Assembly: GCF_006345805.1 (NCBI RefSeq)
Contig: NC_042998.1
Coordinates: forward strand, 141,484,001-141,548,000
DNA: 64,000 nucleotides
Direction of reading: 5' to 3'
Source: Octopus sinensis
Lineage: Eukaryota
The translations under genes and the position numbers were made by a program. A model generated the notes under the pieces. The model ran no database searches. It worked only from the letters and a program-made list of their open reading frames with translations, and was not told where the DNA came from. Below, in pieces: positions 36,546-48,599 of the stretch (positions are counted from its first letter, which is position 1; each line of letters begins with the position of its first letter).

Positions 36546-38406
36546 TTTATAATTTTAACCTTTAAAAGGTATTTTTTAATATGCTGGCCATTGATTAAAT
36601 TTTTTTTCGAAAAAATTTTATCCTACATTAAATATATATATATATATATATGTATGTATATGTTTATATGTGTGTGCGTCCTGTGTTTGACTCCTGCCAT
36701 CGTTTGACAACCAATGCTGTTGTGCTTACGTCCTTGTAACTTAGTGGTTCAACAAAAAAGGCTGATAGAATAAGTACTAGGTTTACAAAGAATAAGTTCT
36801 GGAATTGATTTCTTCAACTAAAACCTTTAAGGCAGTGCATGGCCACAGTCTAATGACTGAAACAAGTAAAAAATATAAGAAAATATATATGCGGTGCCCC
36901 AGCATGGCCACAGCTCATTAGCTGAAACTAGAAAAATCAAAATCAAATCAAAATCATATATATATATAAAGTATGGTTAAATAAAATAATTACATTGGTT
37001 TTTTACAATTTATGTATGTCAAGGTTAGAGAAAGAATCTCAAAGATTTGCTTCAGTGAATTAATTCCTGACAAAATATTCCAACAAAACATTTTTGTAAT
37101 GAAGAATCAGGCCATACTTTACACATCTAAGGAGCAACACAAGTTCTAGATCTATCTCACGCCCCATAAACACTCAACTTTGCTATCTTTTATGACCTCA
37201 CATTGCAGTCCTCTGTCAGCCTGCTTCTCTCTCAGTGACAACCATTCAAAAGTTTTTACACTGACCAATTACATCATCGTTGTTGCTGTCATCGTCATCA
37301 TCATCATCATTATTATCAATTAACTGAATTAGAAAAATAAATTTGAGGATTTTTATTTTTTTAGTTTAAAAATTTTGCATGCTTGTTTTCTATTTGAGTG
37401 AAATATAGGTCATTGTAGAAGTATATATGGTTGATTCCAATGGGATTCCAAACATAAGTTAGTCTAATTAGTTAGTCAATATTTCTGGTATTCAGTTATT
37501 AAAATGTTGGTGAATATGAATTTAAGAAGCATTTACGTTTAATATATTTTATATATTTAACTGTAAAACCCATTAGCTTGTTTAGCAATTAGTTTTATTT
37601 TCTAATTTAATGTACTGAATTCACAAGATGGTGTATGTTTCATTTCTTTTGCATAAGAGCTTGTTTAATTTAACCCTTTTGTTATGATATTTCTGATGAA
37701 ATACATTGGCTTTGTTTCAATTAATTTCGAAAATAATGAAGAATTTACTAAAATGACTTTCTCATTATTAATTTAATTGTGGAAAATAAATTAACATGGA
37801 AGGTTTTAATTTAGATCACTTTAAAACAAGAAGTTTTATATCATACAACAAATGGTGGTCTCATATGGGGTTGGTATCAAAAGGACTTTGCAACATTTGT
37901 GTTCTTCAGAAACTATTATAATTGTGGTTGAATTTATATGGACAATTTCATCATTATGATGTAACAATTTAAACATATATATGTTATATAACATAATATA
38001 TACATACATCTAATACAATAAATGTGAAAACTAATTTCTGTGTGTCAGTGTGTCACACTTTGACCTCCTCTCTTGCTATTCAATGACACTTCTCCTATTC
38101 CTCATGCTGGGTAAGAGGCAGAGAGATGGTGAGGGTAGTGGCAAGGACAGAGAGAAAGAAAGAAAAGGAGAGGAAGAGAAAGAGAGACAAAGAAATTTAG
38201 GGAGAGTTGATGGTGGCAGTGGGAGTAATAATAAGAGAGAAAGAGTGGATATGTGAGAGAAAGATGAAGATGATGTACAACTTTGTTTAACCATGTCTCC
38301 TTGACAGTAATTCTTGTGGCCAACACACTGAACACTTTTATACACATTTAACCTTTTGCTTATACCATTTTTGTTTTATTTTTTGCTTTCTTTAATACAT
38401 GCATAC

Positions 38407-38438
<32 letters not shown>

Positions 38439-38950
38439 ACATATATATAATGCACTTTAACTGAAATAAAGTATCCCCAAAATTAAACATATCTGATATA
38501 GGAAGCACGCACAAGGTCTCAAATTTTGGAGGAAGGGATTACCAGTATGTAACCCAGTATGTAACTTGTACTAATTTTATCGACCCTGAAAGGATGAAAG
38601 GCAAAGTTAACCTCGGCAGAATTTGAACTCAAAACCTAACAGCAGATGAAATACCGCTAAGCATTCCGCCCAGTATACTAATGATTCTGCCAGCTCACCG
38701 CCTTAATATGATATAATAATTAAATAAATGTGAATGTCAGTGTCACACTTTTTCAATTTTACTCCTAGAAGTTGTAGTCCAACATATACCATTTTGGAAT
38801 CAGGCTGAATCCATGAGTAAATTAAGAACATTCCAGACCGAATCTGAACCCACAATTCTTGCTCAAGGATACGTGTTGCCAGGAAATGAACTCACAACCT
38901 TGTGATTGTGAACTGAATATCCTAACTACTAAGCTGTGCACCTTCACTAC

Positions 38951-38986
<36 letters not shown>

Positions 38987-40137
38987 TATATATGTGAAGG
39001 CACATGGCCTCGCAGTTAAGCTGTTGTACTCACGATTGCTAGAATGTGGATTTGATTCACTGACCAAGTGGCGTGCTGTGTTCTTGAGCATCATTTTCAT
39101 GTTGCTCCAGTTCTCTTTTCAATCAGTGGGGAATGTTGGCCCTGCTTGTCTAACCACTGGCATGGTGTCATTTGAAGGCAAAAATGATACAAAAATGCAT
39201 TGTGACCAGCGATGTGTAACAGCATCTGGTTGGTCACATGATTATTATATATATATATGACCTTCGTATCTTGTGGGCAATTGCCACCATTTATTTCTCT
39301 CTTCCTTACTCTACCATCCCATCTACTGTCAGATCCTTGTTACTTGTGAGTATACCCTGGCACTTCACCACCACTTCTCTCCTGCTCTCTTTGGCACTCT
39401 TGCTGTTCCCCACTCTCTCTTTCTTTCCCTTGCTCTTCCCTCTGGCTAGGTAACCAAGCATCTCCTTTACATCAGCACACCTGTTTCTGTCTTCTTTCTT
39501 GCAATCCTCTCTCTCTGGCTAGATAACCATGTACTTCTTCTATAGCAAGACACCTATTTTTGCTTCTCTGTTTCTCTGTCATACTCTGACCTTCCATTGT
39601 CTGACACAAGATCCCCTCCTCCAATGCCCCCCACCAATTATTTGGTAGTCTAATATTTTTATATTAGACTATTTACCTTAGTCAATGTATGGTGATCACT
39701 TATAAGCTTTAAGCTTATCAAATATTATTATTATTTACAGATATATATATAACAAACAAAACAGGAAAGGGAATTTTTTTTTGCTATTATTAATTTTCCT
39801 TTACATGTGTTTCAATTTGTAATAGGAATCACTAAGATTTACATGTTATATAGACATGTTAGGAATTTACTATAAAAAAATATCATGAGATTGTGAAAAT
39901 TTTTTTAGAATAAAAAGATTCTATAATAAAAAAATTTCAATTTTCCTGTTTTGTTTACAATGACTCTGCAAATAATATTTTAACAATCCTCAATTTAAAT
40001 GTTTATTTTGATTTACATTCAACAGTAATGATGGATACATATTGATTGTAATAATGGAATAAGCAGATGTGCTTCAAGAGGAAACAGGTGGGATCTATCC
40101 AAACTACCTATACAACACACACACACACACACACACA

Positions 40138-40307
40138 TGAAAAATGAATAGAAATGGCTTTTCTGATAATTTTTCCACTTTAATAATTAGATATTTATGA
40201 ATTATAAGGTGTTTACAAATATGCTCCATAAACACCTAATAATTTATAAACATCTTATTAATAAAGTGGAAGAATTATGAGAAGAGCCATTTCTATTCAT
40301 TTTTTCA
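40138..40307. mobile_element. Palindromic MITE-like element (~170 bp)
   Basis: tgaaaaatgaatagaaatggct...aggtgttta / taaacacct...agccatttctattcattttttca; arms ~77 bp with a 13-nt loop. Confidence 0.75.
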
Positions 40308-40310
40308 AGT

Positions 40311-40420
40311 ACAGGGTGTCCCAAAAGTCACTGATGGGTTTCAATTTCTAATAACTTCCTTGACTTTACAAATAAATGCATGAAATTTTAATACAATATA
40401 AAGGACGTAATGGAAATTAA
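40311..40420 (+). mobile_element. Tc1/mariner-type terminal fragment
   Basis: TA|cagggtgtcccaaaagt is a typical Tc1/mariner TIR start; no matching other end found. Confidence 0.5.
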
Positions 40421-42244
40421 TATGCACAAGTCAAATTTTGCAACATCACAACATCACATATGTACATACACACAGACATGTATGTTATGTATGTTAGTAT
40501 TTGTGTGTGTGTGTATCTGTGTCTGTTTTGTTCTGAACAACCACTTGACAACTGGTAAGGAAAAGGGACCAACAGAACAAGTACCAGACTTAAAATAAAT
40601 GCAAATACTGGGACTAATTTATTCAACTAAACCCTCAGCTTAGCTGCAGTCTAATGACTGAAACAAATAATGGTCTGAAATAATTAACCCCATCTGCTTC
40701 CCAGAGGTAATGATTTAATTATATAACGTTGTTGTCATTGGTGTTGGATCGGTTTGGTAATCAAACAAAGCAAACAAACTAGGTTCAAGCCCATCTTGAA
40801 GCCAGGCTATTTGATATGGAAAAACTAATCATGCCATCATTTAGTAACTTCAAAATATTGTGAATTATGGGCATAGAGTAAGGCCTCTAAATTGTTAAAG
40901 ACACTTAATAGACATACACAAGTGTACAATAGTTTTTAATTGCCTTCTTCAAAAGAACAGCACAAATAATATTTTACAGTAAAGAAGCACTTAGAATTGT
41001 AATTCTCATGTTGGGTGCTTTAGTGTGGGAAAGATAATGAATACAAATGTACAGAATCACGGTATCAGCAAGTGTTGGCTATCATTAAGAAAAAACTGAC
41101 ATACATACAGAACATTTTAAAGATTAATTACACTGTATGAGACAATTTTTGTCCTTGGGTAGCAACTGTTATTTCCCTAGAAAGTATGAAAAATAGCTAA
41201 TATTTCCTTCAGACTTTGCTTTTCTTACATTTATTTAATTCTTTATTGCCCACAAGGGGCTAAACATAGAGAGGGCAAACAAGGACAGACAAAGGGACTA
41301 AGTCGATTACATTGACCACAGTGCATAACTGGTACTTATTTAATCGACCCCGGAAGGATGAAAGGTAAAGTCCACCTCGGTGGAATATTTCTCCATGACT
41401 GGACAAGCTTTCACAGAAGATTAGGAATGAAAGACACTGCTTGCATGACAGTGACACTTGTTTACAACTATCATATAATGTCAAAACAAAGAGACACAAG
41501 TTCTTACTCTCTCTCTTTCTCTCTCTCCCTCACACATACACACACATACACAGAGAAACACACATACACATATGTGCACATGCATTTCTACCTACAAAAT
41601 CTACTCACAAGACCTTGGTTGGCCTTGGGCCACAGCATAAGACACCTGCCCAAAATACTCCACAGTGTGACTGAACGTTAAATCACATGACTGAGAAGCA
41701 AGGAAATATAGACATCACAGTTAGACAGATGATATTTTAGTTAAGTAGAAGTGAAAGTGAAACTACATGTAATACAATTGTAACAGAGAAGAGAAAAATA
41801 TACTTTAAACATACACAATACTAACTATGTAACATTGCAGAATCATTGATTTCAGGGTGGTACTTATCTAGCAAATGACTTGGTCTGAGATCATGTATTG
41901 AAAATGAAACAACTGCATTGTGGAAGATCTATTTAATAAACACACACAAAACTGCTAAATTCACTTTAAATTAAAAATTTCCACTGCAAAGGAGCTGTGT
42001 CAATGACCAGGTTGCACGTGTCACCTCATGAAATAAATTTACATTCAAAGTGAATTTAACAGCTTTGTGTGTTATTAAATAACTCTTCTACCATGTATAA
42101 CTGTAAATAATGTACATCTATATGAACATGAACATACATTCTCTGGTTATATATATATATAAATCCTACAACTTCTAACACTTACATTAAGTAAGTGGTG
42201 TTGAAAATGTTTGCATTACTGAGCTACTTCTATTGCATAATCTG

Positions 42245-42305
<61 letters not shown>

Positions 42306-42987
42306 ATGATTTGTTATTTAGCAACTCTTCTGGCAGGAGTAGTGTAAGAGAATAAGCCACATCATAAAATTAAAGATTTACTAACTATTGGAAAAGTTTC
42401 TTGTAAAATGTCATGTATAGGAGCTGGTCAATATTTCAGTAAATATCTCTCTCTTGTAATCATTTTCTGTCTACCAAATTCACTCACATGGTATTGGCTA
42501 ACCTGGAACAATAGTAACAGATATTTGCCCAAGGTGCCATGCAGTGGAACTGAACTTGAGTACACACGATTGCAGAGTGAGCATCTTAATCAAACGGTAA
42601 TAATGTACCTCTTGAGTTGTTGTAAGCCAACACCTGCATACTATGCATGAGCTGGGAGAAGATTCCAGAGGGATGATGATTCCAGGGGAAGAAAGCACTT
42701 GAAATAAGTTGAGGCTGGAAGGGAGTTTAATGCAACATGGGTGACAAAAGGGGGAAAGATGAGTGGGTTGGAGGTTGGATACAGTACAAAGTCAATATAT
42801 AGGTGTAGGTGAGAGGTGAATCAGTTCTGAGGAACAGAAGCCATTACAATAGTCATAGAGTGTACTGGGTTCTTTTTATATGGTATCAACACTGGTGAGG
42901 TCACCATAAGGCAAGAACCCCACCTCAACTGAGAGTATGGGTAATATTGAGAGAAGTGGCTTTATGCCAGGTGATGAGAGGTTAAAG

Positions 42988-43217
42988 CAGTAGTTCTCAA
43001 CCATTGTTTTCTATGGTCCCTCTTGGTTCCTGTTTTATTCTGATAGATCCTCATAACAATTTGATGTTTAAAAGATCCTATTATATTTTTATAATTAGAT
43101 AATTGTATAAAAAAAATTGCTGGAATATTTTGTGCATTGTAGAAGTATGTATAACCAATTTATTACACATAAATTTTAAAAACAAAACCTTACATGGACC
43201 CTGGTTAAGAACCACTG
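42988..43217. mobile_element. hAT (Charlie-like) MITE with 8-bp TSD GGTTAAAG
   Basis: TIRs cagtagttctcaacc / ggttaagaaccactg. Left flank ggttaaag (42980-42987); right flank reads gg+ttaa+ag once the piggyBac MITE at 43224-43421 is removed. Confidence 0.9.
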
Positions 43218-43223
43218 GGTTAA

Positions 43224-43421
43224 CCCTTCAGTGTTTAAACTGGCCATATCTGGCCCATACCTCTTTTACATTCAAATTAGCCAGATCTGGTATCGCACAC
43301 CTACCCTACAATGTCATTCTAAAAACAAGCAATCACATCATCAAAATCTTGAAGCTATGAAATAATGCATAAGTGAATAAATATGTATCACATTTGACAG
43401 AATAATCTGAATACCAAAGGG
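43224..43421. mobile_element. piggyBac-type MITE, subfamily A
   Basis: TTAA|CCCTTCAG...CCAAAGGG|TTAA (TSDs 43220-43223 and 43422-43425). Confidence 0.9.
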
Positions 43422-43742
43422 TTAAAGTATGGAACAGGAACAGTGTCTTGCTGTAGGGGAGACAAATGGATATGTGGAAAAGAGAGATGGTAGTGGAGAT
43501 GCATCAGGGTGCACCCTCAAGTTACAAGAAGGTGAATAAAAGAGAAGTGGTAGATGGAGAGAGATTGGGATAGAGAGAAATGCAGTGAGAGGTGAACATG
43601 GGTGGAAGCATGGTCAGTAATGAATAACAGTTGGAGAGGAAGATGGAGGAAGATGTGGGTCAGGAAGGTAATACATGGCAGCAAAGATGATGTGAAATGT
43701 GGGGGGGGTGCGTGTGTGAGAGAGAGAGGGAGAGAAAGAGAA

Positions 43743-43775
<33 letters not shown>

Positions 43776-44576
43776 TCTGGTGCATGTAACAATTTCAGCT
43801 TGATACTTGATACTTACTGCAAGTTAATGGAACACTCTGTCAATTTTACACTACTCCTGCTGCTTACAACAGCAGACTCCATATGTTAAGTGGATTGGGT
43901 GATATAAAGTTCAGTATGCCAGTTAAAGATACATTAGAACATTACTATGCCATGCTAACAATCTAGGAGATCAGTGAACCTTTGGCCCTTAAGCTGATTT
44001 GTTAATGACTTGGCCAGCTGTAACCATTAAAGAGAAAGGGGAAATGTTTTTTTTTTGTTCTTTAAAAAATTTTTTTGTTTTGTTTTATGTTGGAATGTTC
44101 CATTTTCTAGAATTATTTTTCAGATTTATAACATCTCCTCTATTCCCCCAAACCAGCTGTTGTTCTACAGTGTGGTTTATATGAGAATGAGGTTTAAGAG
44201 CAATAAAAAATATAAACTATTTTTAGCTGCCATTGTTGCTGCCCCTGCTGCCACCTCCACCACCATAACCACCGCCACCCTACAGCCCAAGCAACCACAA
44301 TAATTTTATTTATATTTTTTTTGTGCTGGTGGATTGGTGGTTAATATAAAATATCACAATAAACTTACCCCTGCACCCAACCTGTTACTTCCAGCACAAC
44401 ACAATCTTCACTTTACACTTGTCTTCACTGAACAATGCAAATACAAGTAAACTATTGCTTCACCAACAGTAACTATACTATAACAACAATAATAGTGATT
44501 TCTTTTATTCACCACTAGGGTATGAATGAAGAGGACAATTCAAAGACAGACATAAATCATGGGGATTTACATAGGA

Positions 44577-44644
<68 letters not shown>

Positions 44645-44949
44645 GGTTTGGTGATTCTTCCACTTTTTCTCACCTTCTTTTTACCTTTCTTCTTCTACTT
44701 CCACTTTTCTCCTTTTGTCGCCACCATTTACACCTACACCTGACATTCACACCACCATGTGTGTATCGCGATTTTCTTTCTCAGTCTTCCCTTCCTTGGA
44801 CCTTTCCTTTTTCTATGTTTCTGACGAAGAGCTCTGCTCGAAACATTAAATCCTCTTTCTTTCTTTCCTTTCCTGAGCGTCCAATAACACTATACTTGTT
44901 CCACGTCCTCACGTTGTTGTGTTTTCTCTTTGTGCTTTCATGTTTGGAT

Positions 44950-44955
<6 letters not shown>
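44645..44955 (+). mobile_element. Short non-autonomous repeat carrying a hammerhead-like core, probably Penelope-derived, inserted in (CA)n/(TA)n
   Basis: Pyrimidine-rich ~310 bp unit between microsatellites containing CTGACGA-A-GAGC-tct-GCTC-GAAAC at 44821-44844. The Penelope link is inference. Confidence 0.5.
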
Positions 44956-45006
<51 letters not shown>

Positions 45007-45297
45007 TGATGGAACCCCCCTACCCACCCTCGTTGAAGATGATTATGAGCATTCAGGTTTGTTGAACAACTTGCACAGTCACCAAATGTTTGTGCCGCAC
45101 ATTACCTCACTCCCCCCTCCATCAAATCAAGGTAATCTGAATAGGTGCACTGTGTACCACATGTCAGATGTTAAAGTGATTGCAAAGCAATGTGAGAGGA
45201 AGTGTTTTGCTCAAGAACACACTGCACCACCTGGTGTAGGAATTGAAATCATGATCTAGTGATCATGAGTGTAACATCCTAACTACTAGGCCATGTG

Positions 45298-45343
<46 letters not shown>

Positions 45344-45499
45344 AATATATGATGGAAGGAGGGAGGGAGCTAATGCATGGCACAAACATTTTACTACTAT
45401 AAACAAATATATATAAAATGAAATAAAAAATACAAATACAAAGTATACATGGTATACAATAAAACAAAGAGAAAAGTTTACATAGTACACATCAGTAAA

Positions 45500-46380
45500 A
45501 GAAGAAAAAATAAAAGGAAAAGAAAAAAGAACAGTGATGTGGTCTTCCTGATATAAGAGGACCTTTAAGAACAATCGAGGGATCCCGCCATCCAAGATTT
45601 TCCAGATCACCAAAAGCAAGTGTCCTCTCCACTTACAGCAGTGCTATCCATTCTTGCCATTTTTGCAACGTTCACCTACCTTCCAATAAATTCACTCAAC
45701 TCTCTCTCTCTCTCTCTATCCTCAGTTTTCTCCTCACTTTGTTTTTCAAGTGAAACTTCAAAAAAGGCATTGAGGAATCTACCAAAGAGGAGAGTCTCTG
45801 CCCTCATGCCTTTCAGCCTTGTCCACCAGAAAACCTCTTTTGCAATCACTATGAGACAAAGGAAAATTGCCTAACCTGTCCTATTAAAAAAAGGCAGTAG
45901 GGCAATCATGGACTAAGCAGATAGTTGGATATGTCCCACATACGACAGCAACTGTTTGACATAACTCTACAAGTCAGCAATGATAATGGTGGATGACCCT
46001 ATTAAATGCTTTAGACTGATCCAAACTGATCAGAGCTCCACCATAACCAGCTTTTGTCTCAGTCCTCTCTATGACATATTGCATGGATAGACTTGTTGAG
46101 GATCGTGCAATGCCTTCCTCACCAGATTACTGATGACAATGGCTAACCTTTTCACTAACACCTTGACCAAAATCTTAAACACCGAATTTAGTAGAGTTAC
46201 GAGCCAAAAATTGCCTAGCATGTCCCCTTTGTTAGCATCCTTTTACAGCAGCATTACTGCTCCCTAGCTCACAGCACTAGAAATCCTTCCATTCTACTGC
46301 CAGTTACAGAGAAAAGCATTTGTCTTCAGTCCCTTCAATCTTGTCCACCGTACAACCTCTTTTGCCATGGCCACCGGACG
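45500..46380 (-). mobile_element. L1/Tx1-clade LINE remnant (RT segment and ORF2 C-terminus), rearranged
   Basis: Minus strand: KDANKGDMLGNFWLVTLLNSVFKILVKVLVKRL (46141-46244), GGALISLDQSKAFNRVIHHY (~45985-46045), and a C-terminal-type segment AIFLCLIVIAKEVFWWTRLKG...KFHLKNKVRR...VNVAKMARM (45620-45875); stops and frameshifts. Confidence 0.8.
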
Positions 46381-46399
46381 ATCAAATAATAATAATAAT

Positions 46400-46845
46400 A
46401 ATGGTTTCATTTTGGGGAGGGGATAAGTCAATTACATTGACCCCAATGTTTCACTGGTACTTAATTTATCAACTCTGAAAGGATGAAAGGCAAAGTCGAC
46501 CGTGTCAGAATCTGAACTCAGAACATAGCGACGGGCAAAATACTGCTAAGCATTTCATCCAGCACACTAACAATTCTGCCAGCTTGCAGCCTTAAATAAT
46601 AATAATAATAATGGTTTCAAATTTTGTCACAAGGGCAGCTATTTTGCGGGAGGGGATAAGTCAATTACACTGACCCCCCCCTTCCTCCCGCCAGTGTTCA
46701 ACTGGTACTTAATTTATTGACCCCCAAAGGATGAAAGGCAGAGTTGACTCTGGTGGAATTTGAACTCAGAATGGAGCAATGGGCGAAATACCACTAAGTA
46801 TTTCATCCAGCATGCTAACGATTCTGCCAGCTTGCTGCCTTAAAT
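46400..46845 (-). mobile_element. Two tandem family-2 SINEs separated and flanked by (AAT)n
   Basis: 46400-46595 and 46612-46845, each preceded by aataataataataatggtttca and followed by ccttaaataataat. Confidence 0.85.
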
Positions 46846-46861
46846 AATAATAATAATACGA

Positions 46862-48323
46862 AATCACCTACTTTATATGGCTGACCTCAAGATACAAAAC
46901 AGATTCTCTGATCAAACCAGTATTCAGTTAAGACATTGGAATGCAATTTGGGGTAGCTAAGTGCATAGTACTAATTATGGAAAAAGGTTGGCAGATAAAG
47001 TCTGATGGCATAAAATTACCAAAAGACATCATTAGATTGCTGCAGAATAATGAGGGATACAAATACCTAGGAATGCTGCAAGATAAGATAATGGGAAAAG
47101 AAATGAGAGATAAAGTTACTAAAGAGGACAAGAGGAGAATTAGGAATGTGCTTGAAATAAAATTAAATGAAGGGAACATCATTAAACCCATAAATACATG
47201 GGCAATGCCAGTACTGAAATACTTTGCTCCCTTTCTTAAATGGACAAAGCTCAATCTGCAGAACTTGGATAGAAGAGCTAAAAGCTACTAACAATGCACA
47301 ATAAACTCCATCCTAAAAAGTAATAGCAACTGACTCTATTTGCCAAGAAGGAAAGGTGGTAGAGGATTACTAAATGTGGAAGACACTGTTGGCACAGCGA
47401 TATTGAGTCTGAAAAATTATGTTGTGTAGAAACTTTTGGTTGCCAGAGATACCCAAAAAGCAATTGAAACAGTAGGAGAGTACAAAGAGAAAAGGAAGAA
47501 CAACAGAATAAACAAATGGAAAGAAATGGAAGTGCATGCCTAATTCATGCAAAAAACCAAGAGTGTTGGAAATGAAGATCACTGGCTTTGGTTGACAGAT
47601 GAGAACTTGAAATGAGAAACAGAAACATTAATTATAGCTGCTCATGAACAAATCCTTAGAGAAAATCTGATAAAAGCAAAGATCAACAAAACTTAACCAG
47701 GTAGTAAATTTAAAATCTGTAGGAAAGGAGACAAGAGTAGCAATCACATTTTCAGTGAGTGCATTATACTAGCACAAAAGGAGCATAAGTATAGACATGA
47801 GTGTGAAGGCAAAAAGAGTGTATTGGGATATTAGCCAGGTGTGTGGCTTCAAAGCAACAGAGAAGTGTTATGAACACAAATCAGAGGCTGTGGGATTTCA
47901 CCATGAAGACTGACCATTCTAATGAGACAAGAAAACAAGACATGATTGGAGAGGGCAAAATAAACAAACAGTGTAAGATCATAGATTTTGCAATTCCCTA
48001 TGATAGCAGAGTTGATACGAAAGTAATTGAAAAAAGTGAGAAATATCAGGATCTAACCAGAGATCTGAGGAGACTGTGGAAGGCCAAGACAATAATTATT
48101 CCTGTAGTAATTGGTGCACCTGGCACAATGCCCAAAATGCTACATAAGAGACTGAAAGGAATTGGAATTGAAACCTGCATTGTCTATCTGCAGAGAAGTA
48201 CCATCCTACATTCTGCAAGAATCCTGAAGAAGATTCTTGAGATTTGAAGAGACTTGTTGTTGCTAAACCTCAAGATAAAATACCTGCTAAATTAGAATGC
48301 CCTAGCGAAACAATAATAATAAT
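46862..48323 (+). mobile_element. R4/Dong-clade non-LTR retrotransposon, 5'-truncated and pseudogenised
   Basis: NHLLYMADLK (degenerate YMDD RT motif), MQFGVAKC..GYKYLG..INTWAMPVLKY, WLWLTDENLK*ETETLIIAAHEQ, zinc-knuckle remnant KICRK....NHIFSEC..LAQKEHKYRH, restriction-like endonuclease CKIIDFAIPYDSRVDTKVIEKSEKYQDL..IPVVIGAPG..ARILKKILEI* (stop at 48247), then (AAT)4 tail. Confidence 0.9.
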
Positions 48324-48599
48324 TTGCCCTAATGGCTTCTAATGTTAACTGATTGAAAGTGTATATTTGTACCCCAGTGTTACTTTGATAGCTTGTGCTG
48401 CTCTCTCAAATAATAACAACAACAACAAAACAAAAGCAACCACATTTTGGAAATAAAAAAAATGAAAAAAATAAAACAAACTTAAAACAAAGAAAAGAAT
48501 GAAAGAAAACTCAGCCACCTCTAATGTTTTTCTCTCAAAAAATGTAAAAATGGATTTAACACATTTGAAAAATGTCTAAATATTTATAGAGAACAAAAT

